Shown here piece by piece: positions 57,313 through 64,000 of a stretch of 64,000 nt of DNA. The translations under genes and the position numbers were made by a program. Position 1 is the stretch's first letter. The number at the start of each line of letters is the position of its first letter. A model generated the notes under the pieces. It did not search any database, was not told where the DNA came from, and was given only the letters and a program-made list of their open reading frames with translations. This stretch comes from Candidatus Thorarchaeota archaeon (GTDB lineage Archaea; Asgardarchaeota; Thorarchaeia; Thorarchaeales; Thorarchaeaceae), in assembly GCA_029855935.1 (NCBI GenBank), contig JAGSHN010000005.1, forward strand, positions 64,001 to 128,000, given 5' to 3'.

Positions 57313-58827
57313 TCAATAAGACCTCGCCACGTAGACCACTTCGCGTGCCGGACGACCACAGACGACACAGACTCCGTCAGGCTTCTCCTCGACATCAATC
57401 CGAGTGCCACGAATCTCGCCTCCCGTCTGGGCCTTGATCTCCTCGGCGCACTCCAAGCCGTCCATCTCGGTGGTGCAGAATGGGATGCGAGCAATCTTTC
57501 CTCGTTCCACAGCGTCACGAATCTCACCCATCCTGTCAGCATCAACTATGAGGCCCTCGAACTTCGCCTCGGCCTGCTTCCTAAGAGTCTGGTCTATGTC
57601 CTCACCAAGCGCGACAATGTGAGAAACAACGTCCGCCAGCGGGACCGTTTCACGCTTCATCAAGTCACGACGGAAGAGGACCACTGTTTCTTCGGACATT
57701 TCACGAGGACCAATCTCCGCGCGAATAGGGACACCCTTCATCTCCCAGTAGTTGAACTTCCAACCAGGGGTGGCCTCATCATCGTCCAGATAGACACGAA
57801 TACCTGCCTGTTGGAGGAGGTTCCTGAAACGATGACAGTAGTCCATCACATCTTCCTCATTCTCCACCTTGAAGATGGGCACTATGACCACCTGATAGGG
57901 GGCCAGCTTGTAGGGAAGTCTGAGGCCCTTGTCATCGCCGTGAACAGAGATCATCGCGCCATAGATTCTCGAGATTGCAGGACCATAGCAGGTCTGATAC
58001 GCATAGACCAGTTCGTTGTCCTCGTTCACGTACTTTATGTCAAAGGCGCGCGCGAAGTTGTCGCCCAAGTCGTGAGTGGAGGGCAGCTGAATCACCTTGC
58101 CATCAGGCATCAGCGTGTCGGCAGCATAGGTGTTGACTCCGCCGGGAAACTTGTCCCACTGGGTCCGCTTGAAGACCATCACGGGAATCCCAAATTGCTC
58201 TGTCACAACCTCCTTGGTCGTTTCGAGGTCCTCCAGTACCTGGGCCTTTGCCTCCTCGTGTGTAGCGAAGACGTTGTGGCTCTCGATCCACAGGAACTCG
58301 CGGCCTCGCAGGAACGGCCGCGTGCTCTTCACCTCAGACCTGAAGACCGAACATCGCTGATACCGTTTCAGAGGAAGGTCACGCCAGCTGCGGACCCACA
58401 GAGCGTACATTGGATAGATTGCCGTTTCGCTCGTGGGCCGCAACGCGAGCCGCTCCTCAAGCCTCTCACCCGTACCAACCTCGCTGATCCAGAACACCTG
58501 AGGCGTGAAGCCCTCCACGTGCTCAGCCTCTTTGATGAGATTGCTCTCTGGAATCACGGTCGGGAAGAGCATCGGGAGATGGTCCTTGCGTTGCAAAGCA
58601 GCCTCATAGAGGTCGAACATGATCTCCATGCTCATTACACTCCAAGGTAGGAAGGGAGTGAAGCCCTTGACTCCATATCGGATGTCAGCCAGTTCAGCCA
58701 CTTTGCATATCTCACCGAACCACTCGGGAAAGTTCTTCTCCTTACTGATATTGAATATGGCCTTTCTGCTCTCATCTTGCTTGCTCTTGACTGTCACAGT
58801 GGACTCAGCCTCCAAGAACTCTGACAA
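57313..58827 (-). CDS. proS: Prolyl-tRNA synthetase, archaeal/eukaryotic type
   Basis: RPTSET, FLRGREFLW, HGDDKGL, TPGWKFNYWE, C-terminal ARSY. Confidence 0.97.
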   Translation of the reverse strand: MSEFLEAESTVTVKSKQDESRKAIFNISKEKNFPEWFGEICKVAELADIRYGVKGFTPFLPWSVMSMEIMFDLYEAALQRKDHLPMLFPTVIPESNLIKEAEHVEGFTPQVFWISEVGTGERLEERLALRPTSETAIYPMYALWVRSWRDLPLKRYQRCSVFRSEVKSTRPFLRGREFLWIESHNVFATHEEAKAQVLEDLETTKEVVTEQFGIPVMVFKRTQWDKFPGGVNTYAADTLMPDGKVIQLPSTHDLGDNFARAFDIKYVNEDNELVYAYQTCYGPAISRIYGAMISVHGDDKGLRLPYKLAPYQVVIVPIFKVENEEDVMDYCHRFRNLLQQAGIRVYLDDDEATPGWKFNYWEMKGVPIRAEIGPREMSEETVVLFRRDLMKRETVPLADVVSHIVALGEDIDQTLRKQAEAKFEGLIVDADRMGEIRDAVERGKIARIPFCTTEMDGLECAEEIKAQTGGEIRGTRIDVEEKPDGVCVVCGRPAREVVYVARSY

Positions 58828-59000
58828 GCGGTGAACTGGCTAGGACTGAGAAAGAGTCTATTGACGATACGGAACGTAACCACCTAGCACTGAGGTTCAC
58901 CCAAGACGCCCTTCCGGCAGACCCTATTTAAGTTCTACCGTGTCACATCTCTACCTCCAGGCGTCTGTTTCTGAGGGCTGCTGCACAGTCTCTCCAGATA

Positions 59001-59522
59001 TCATCTCTTGAGTGTGACGTCTCCAATCTCGCGCATCCGCTCATCCCATCGATACTTCTGAATCAGAGCCGCAACTCCGGGCGGAACGAGCTCTTGCCAA
59101 GGCCCGTTCTCTCGAATCAGGCGTCGAATATGAGTACCACTGTATCTTGTCCGATCCAACAAGGATGCCTCACCCACCTCGACGCCCGCATCACGGAACA
59201 GTCTTCGAACGAGAGGATTGTGAGTATAGCCCTTCTGAAAATAGGGGACAAGACTTCGGAGGTGGGCCACCCACAGTGGATGAATGTGGATATCGGGAAC
59301 TGGAACTATATCAATGCGTTCAAGCGGGAAATTCTCATCAATCAGCGCACGTTTCAGCATCATTATGCGCTCGCCCCCGCTAAATGGGTTGTCAGGCGTG
59401 TGAGAGTATTGTGCACTGCCTATTGCAATCACAAGATCCTCATCACGGTCGAGAATCTGATGAATGGTAAAGAGATGGCCGTTGTGTACTGGTTGAAACC
59501 TACCCACGAACACCGAGCGCAT
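59001..59522 (-). CDS. nadM: Nicotinamide-nucleotide adenylyltransferase
   Basis: GRFQPVHNGH, GSAQ, NPF, SGTHIR. Confidence 0.93.
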   Translation of the reverse strand: MRSVFVGRFQPVHNGHLFTIHQILDRDEDLVIAIGSAQYSHTPDNPFSGGERIMMLKRALIDENFPLERIDIVPVPDIHIHPLWVAHLRSLVPYFQKGYTHNPLVRRLFRDAGVEVGEASLLDRTRYSGTHIRRLIRENGPWQELVPPGVAALIQKYRWDERMREIGDVTLKR

Positions 59523-59679
59523 GATTAGTCATCTACGATTCGATAGTGGTGTCTGATAAGGATTCTCAACGTCTTGACTGTAGAGGCAGCGCCATACTCT
59601 TTAGGTACATAGCAGTACAATGTCAGGCTGGAACGAACGAACTCTGAGACGCGATTATTGAGAGAGGTGCCGTAGTGCG

Positions 59680-60750
59680 ATGATAGACATTGATGGCGCA
59701 TACGGAGAGGGCGGTGGACAGATTCTCAGAACGGCAGTTTCTCTCTCGGCCCTGACGATGAAACCCGTGAGAGTCTACAATATCAGAGCAGGTAGGACTC
59801 CACCGGGCCTGAAGAAACAACACATGGCGGGAATAAGAATAGTCGGGGAACTTGTCGATGCGCAGATTGATGGGCTCGAGGAGGGAAGTACCGAGATAGT
59901 ATTCCAACCTAGGGCGAGGAGGGGTGGTACGTTCAGACATGATGTTGGTACAGCGGGGTCCATTGGTCTCGTTCTTCAGGCAGTCATCCCAGCGGCAATG
60001 CTGGCTCCTGACAACATCACACTTGATCTTATCGGAGGCACCGATGTGGCTTGGAGCCCGCCGATAGACTACATGAGATACGTCTTTGCCCCTGTGGTCC
60101 GCCAGATGGGGGTGCACCTCGAGATTGAGGTGATGCGAAGGGGGCACTATCCACGGGGTGGCGGGAGAGTGAGATGCAGTATAAGACGCCCTGATGAGCT
60201 AGTGCCCTCCGTGATGGACCGTCTGGGCAGAATTGAGAGAGTTGAGGGCATCTCGCACTGCGTCAAGCTGCCAGCACATGTCGCCAGACGACAAGCAGAG
60301 GCGGCGGCCAGAGTTCTGAGAGTGAACGGAGTAGACAGAGTGGACATCCGAGTCGAAACCTACGAGAAGAAGTCTGACCCACACAGGGGGCCAGGCAGCG
60401 GCATTGTCCTCTGGGCGGTGGACGACTCGGGTCACATTCTTGGAGCAGATTCATTGGGTGAGAGGAATAAGAGTGCGGAGAGCGTAGGACAAGAGGCAGC
60501 CGAGAAACTCACGAGGTATATTGCCCGCGGAAGGGCACTGGATCCAAACTTGGGAGATATGATTGTACCCTACATTGCTCTCGCATCGGGAGAGAGTGCT
60601 GTTTCGGTGGCTGAGGTGACATCACATCTTCGGACAAATGTGTGGGCGACAAACAGGATTCTCGGTGTAAACATCAAACTCGACGAGTTTGACGACGGGA
60701 CCGGCAGGCTGATGGTGAGAGGAGTGGGGCTCAGGAGCCTGCCTCGGTGA
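59680..60750 (+). CDS. rtcA: RNA 3'-terminal phosphate cyclase
   Basis: GEGGGQILR, GGTDV, GHYPRGGG, SHLRTN. Confidence 0.95.
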   Translation: MIDIDGAYGEGGGQILRTAVSLSALTMKPVRVYNIRAGRTPPGLKKQHMAGIRIVGELVDAQIDGLEEGSTEIVFQPRARRGGTFRHDVGTAGSIGLVLQAVIPAAMLAPDNITLDLIGGTDVAWSPPIDYMRYVFAPVVRQMGVHLEIEVMRRGHYPRGGGRVRCSIRRPDELVPSVMDRLGRIERVEGISHCVKLPAHVARRQAEAAARVLRVNGVDRVDIRVETYEKKSDPHRGPGSGIVLWAVDDSGHILGADSLGERNKSAESVGQEAAEKLTRYIARGRALDPNLGDMIVPYIALASGESAVSVAEVTSHLRTNVWATNRILGVNIKLDEFDDGTGRLMVRGVGLRSLPR

Positions 60751-61771
60751 CAATGTCTGTGTCCGAGACGAGTTCGATCTCCTCCAACGCGGCCTCGATG
60801 ACCTCTGTGACGCCACGTCCCTCAGAGGCCACCATGAGCATAGCCTCAGGCACTCTCTCGCGAGCCGCACTAAGCCGGTCGGGAGGGGTGATGTCCACCT
60901 TATTGAACACTGCGAACAATGGATTCAGGGGGAACATCCGTTGAACCTCACGATAGAGGTTCATCTGTTGGTCGAAGCTCCACCCACACGCCTCAGAGGG
61001 GTCAAACATATAGACAATCACGTGCGCGAGGTACTTCAGGGCTGCAATCGCTGAACGCTCAATCTCGTTCCGCTCGCTCATTGGACGATCGAGAATGCCC
61101 GGCGTGTCAATCACTTGAACCCGTCTATCATCAATGTCCAAATGGCCCACAATCACATTCTTAGTTGTGAACGGGTAATATGCTATCTCAGGCTCAGCCG
61201 TGGAAACCGCCCGGACAAAGGTAGATTTCCCAACGTTCGGAAACCCTGAACACACTATTGTAGGAACATCTGAACTCACTCCGGGGAGCTTGGAGAGAGT
61301 CTTCTTTGCCTCGATTATCAGGTCGAGATTTGGGGCGGTGGCACGGAGAACGGAGGCAATACGACCTTTCGCAGCACTGCGTGAACGGCGAATCTGTTGA
61401 TAGTCATCAGAGAGTTTCATTGCCTCGATGTGCTTCTTGGTGATACTGTCTATGAGGGGGATGCAGTTGTAGACGGAACCGAGGGCCTGCCTGAGCCGAT
61501 CAAGGCCAATCAGGATGTCAGCCAGTTCGTAGTAGAATGGGTGAATCCTGTCTAGAGAGGGAAAGCTCTCTACCGCCAAGCGGAGCTTGCTCTTGACCTG
61601 CCTTGTGAACTCCTTGAGACGGGCAATCTCACGTATCTGCGTACGCTTGAGCTTGCTAAGACGCATGGAACTCTTCATGCTCACGCGTACGGAACGTGAG
61701 TGAGCGAACTTGATAATCTCCTCCGCTCTCATCACGGTGGGAAGCCTTGCGAAGGGATTCAGCCACGACAT
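60731..61771 (-). CDS. NOG1-family GTP-binding protein
   Basis: IHPFY, GFPNVGKS, YPFTTK, DTPGILDRP, NKVD. Confidence 0.93.
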   Translation of the reverse strand: MSWLNPFARLPTVMRAEEIIKFAHSRSVRVSMKSSMRLSKLKRTQIREIARLKEFTRQVKSKLRLAVESFPSLDRIHPFYYELADILIGLDRLRQALGSVYNCIPLIDSITKKHIEAMKLSDDYQQIRRSRSAAKGRIASVLRATAPNLDLIIEAKKTLSKLPGVSSDVPTIVCSGFPNVGKSTFVRAVSTAEPEIAYYPFTTKNVIVGHLDIDDRRVQVIDTPGILDRPMSERNEIERSAIAALKYLAHVIVYMFDPSEACGWSFDQQMNLYREVQRMFPLNPLFAVFNKVDITPPDRLSAARERVPEAMLMVASEGRGVTEVIEAALEEIELVSDTDIVTEAGS

Positions 61772-61881
61772 CTCGTTTTCAGTCCTCTATGTTCGGCACA
61801 ACAGTTGAAAATGAGCTTTGGTAAACGTTTTAAAAAGAATGGAATGTCCTAGAGTAAGACGCTGACGGAGGATGAACGACG

Positions 61882-62472
61882 ATGTCACTTCCCACGGGTG
61901 CAACAGTTGTTGGAATCAAGTGCAAGGACGGGGCCATAGTTGGCACGGACTCCCTCATAAGCTGGGGGACATTCATAATCACCGATAAGGGCATCAAGGC
62001 ATTCAAGCTCACCGATAGAATAGTTCTTGCATCCGCGGGACTGACATCCGACTATCAGATGCTGGTCAATGAACTCAAGGCACTAATCAGACTGTATGAG
62101 CTGGATCACAAGAAGCAGATTAGCGTGAGATCCCTCGCGAAGATGGTCGCAAACACTCTCTACGCGCGAAAGCTAATGCCCCTGTTCGTCCAGACGATAA
62201 TAGTGGGAGTTGACGAGAGCGGCCCGGCTCTGTATACGCTCGACATGGGAGGCTCGCTTATCCCAGACGAGTACGCTGCTGCGGGCAGTGGCATCCAGAC
62301 AGCATATGGTGTGCTCGAAAACGGGTACAAGCCGGGGATGACAGTAAAGCAGGCCGAGAAGCTGGTCATTGAGGCCGTAAGAGCAGGAATGGCAAGAGAT
62401 GCTCAATCCGGTGGAAAGATCCATATCATGGCCGTCACCTCCGAGGGCGTGAAAGAGAGAGTGGTGGAGTAA
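61882..62472 (+). CDS. psmB: Proteasome beta subunit, probably non-catalytic
   Basis: TVVGIKCKDG, AGSG, RDAQSG; Ala at the Thr1 position (TG-ATVVG). Confidence 0.92.
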   Translation: MSLPTGATVVGIKCKDGAIVGTDSLISWGTFIITDKGIKAFKLTDRIVLASAGLTSDYQMLVNELKALIRLYELDHKKQISVRSLAKMVANTLYARKLMPLFVQTIIVGVDESGPALYTLDMGGSLIPDEYAAAGSGIQTAYGVLENGYKPGMTVKQAEKLVIEAVRAGMARDAQSGGKIHIMAVTSEGVKERVVE

Positions 62473-62487
62473 CGATCTCTTCTGTGC

Positions 62488-63765
62488 GTGTGTGTCTGTT
62501 TGCCCGCTGCCACACTCATATTTCGGTTTCATAACCAGTCACGTTACACAGCGGCCGCGCTTCTCGCGGCTGTCGAGATTGACCATCGACTCACAGATCT
62601 CAGAATACTCGTTCCTTCTGAGATTAGCGAAGACATTGTGACGGGTGCCCTTCAGGAGAGCGAGATTGTAGTCATCGCTCAGTCGGTGATGAGCACGCAG
62701 GTCCAACGGGTCGAGAGAGAAACCAAGAGTATCAGGAAGACATTCGGTGACAGAGTCGTTCTCATCGGGGGTGGGCCGCATGCAAGCGCGAGACCGCACG
62801 ACCTACTCCGTATGGGATTCGACTACGTGGTTGTGGGAGAGGGGGAGAGAGTATTCCCTGAGATGCTCTACAGACTGAAGACAGGTAAGAGTCCCGCAGG
62901 GATTAGAGGAGTGGTATCGACCGAACGGGAAACATTTCCTCTGCCACGAGACCTTCCAAGGGTCGATCTCGACGAGTATCCGCCCTTTGCGATAGGATTG
63001 AACATTGTCGGTCCAGTCGAGATAACAAGAGGCTGCCCCTTTCGATGCAAGTACTGCAGTACACCCTTCTTGACTGGCGGGGTTGTTCGTCATAGATCGG
63101 TGCCAGTCATCAGGTCTTGGCTAGAGCGTGCCGTCAGAGAGAGAGGCTTCCGCCGCACGTGGTTCCTATCCCCCAATGCACTCTCCTACGGTGGGCGTGG
63201 CAGGAGGCCCAATCGGGCCAAGATTGAGAAACTATTGGCAGAGGTGACCTCGATAGAAGGTCTTGAGGGCGTCTATTTCGGCTCCTTCCCGTCCGAGGTT
63301 CGTCCGGAGTTTGTCACAGAACAAATACTGAGGATGATGAGAGAATACGTTGCCAACCAGTCATTGCAGATAGGTCTGCAATCGGGAAGCGATAGAATAC
63401 TCCAACTCTGTAATCGACACCACTCTGTTGCACAGGGAGTTGAGGCAGTACGCATCGCGCTCGACTGTGGTTTTGTGCCTCACGTCGATGTGATCTTCGG
63501 TCTGCCGGGTGAAAACATAGAGGACAGACTAGAAACTCTTGAGGTATGCAACGACCTAGTCAACATGGGGGCGAGAATCCACGCGCACGTCTTTATGCCA
63601 CTGCCGGGCAGCCCATTCGAGAATATGCCTCCGGGTCAATTGGACGAGCAAACACGGCGGGCACTAGGAGACCTCTCCAGACGCGGCCTGTTGACTGGTT
63701 CGTGGGGGAATCAAGAGAGTCTTGCAAGAATGCTCGCGGAACGGGGCGGCGGTTCCAAAGGCTGA
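62488..63765 (+). CDS. B12-binding domain radical SAM protein
   Basis: GGPH, VVGEGE, EITRGCPFRCKYC, GSFPSEVRPE, QSGS. Confidence 0.9.
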   Translation: MCVCLPAATLIFRFHNQSRYTAAALLAAVEIDHRLTDLRILVPSEISEDIVTGALQESEIVVIAQSVMSTQVQRVERETKSIRKTFGDRVVLIGGGPHASARPHDLLRMGFDYVVVGEGERVFPEMLYRLKTGKSPAGIRGVVSTERETFPLPRDLPRVDLDEYPPFAIGLNIVGPVEITRGCPFRCKYCSTPFLTGGVVRHRSVPVIRSWLERAVRERGFRRTWFLSPNALSYGGRGRRPNRAKIEKLLAEVTSIEGLEGVYFGSFPSEVRPEFVTEQILRMMREYVANQSLQIGLQSGSDRILQLCNRHHSVAQGVEAVRIALDCGFVPHVDVIFGLPGENIEDRLETLEVCNDLVNMGARIHAHVFMPLPGSPFENMPPGQLDEQTRRALGDLSRRGLLTGSWGNQESLARMLAERGGGSKG

Positions 63766-63802
63766 TAAAGAGGGCCTGTTGCAATTCAGCAAGTGTTGCG
63801 AA

Positions 63803-64000
63803 GTGAAGACTAGTCTGCCTCCAAGGCTGAGAGAGCGACTGGAGAAGCAGGGCTATCACCTTCTAGGTGGCAGTGCCGCGTTCAAGCCCTGTCAATGGCA
63901 GCAGAAGAGCCTGCTGGAGGACAGAGCGTGCTATAAGGAGCGGTTCTATGGAATAAGTTCTCACCGATGCGTCCAGATGACGCCAGTCGTGCACAAGTGC
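63803..64000 (+). CDS. taw1: 4-demethylwyosine synthase Taw1/TYW1, 5' part (runs off the window edge)
   Basis: Manual translation gives LEKQGYHLLGGSAAFKPCQWQQKSL...CYKERFYGISSHRCVQMTP. Confidence 0.92.
   Translation, partial: MKTSLPPRLRERLEKQGYHLLGGSAAFKPCQWQQKSLLEDRACYKERFYGISSHRCVQMTPVVHKC

Noticed and set aside
57232-58650. 472-aa plus-strand ORF
   Set aside because: Antisense shadow of proS with no motifs
1-64000. CRISPR arrays, rRNA genes, inteins
   Set aside because: No regularly spaced repeats or rRNA-like tracts seen; AtpA, SMC and the helicase show no intein-like insertions

Overview
Gene-dense archaeal chromosome window, most likely an Asgard archaeon resembling Thorarchaeia. This is inferred from four Roadblock genes around an MglA-type GTPase, EMC6-like and Vps29-like genes, eL33, eS8 and tRNAs with non-canonical introns. 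Most of the window is housekeeping: atpA/atpF, SRP54, tRNA modification, smc-scpA-scpB, acdAB, tfrAB, fumarate hydratase, rqcH, proS, rtcA, proteasome beta and taw1. An accessory region at about 24.7-35.2 kb, split by hypA, holds two defence-like modules. The first is a three-gene operon encoding a MORC-type GHKL ATPase, a ParB/Spo0J-HTH-like protein and a PLD-nuclease/SNF2 helicase fusion; it is the best candidate for an undescribed system. The second is a Dam methyltransferase, an HTH-bearing amino-methyltransferase with a dead tandem copy of its own domain, and an EVE/PUA-like PD-(D/E)xK nuclease. There are three tRNA genes: Glu(TTC), Ile2/Met(CAT) with a 43/44 intron, and Asn(GTT) with introns at 43/44 and 59/60. 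All calls come from motif recognition by eye; no database searches were run.
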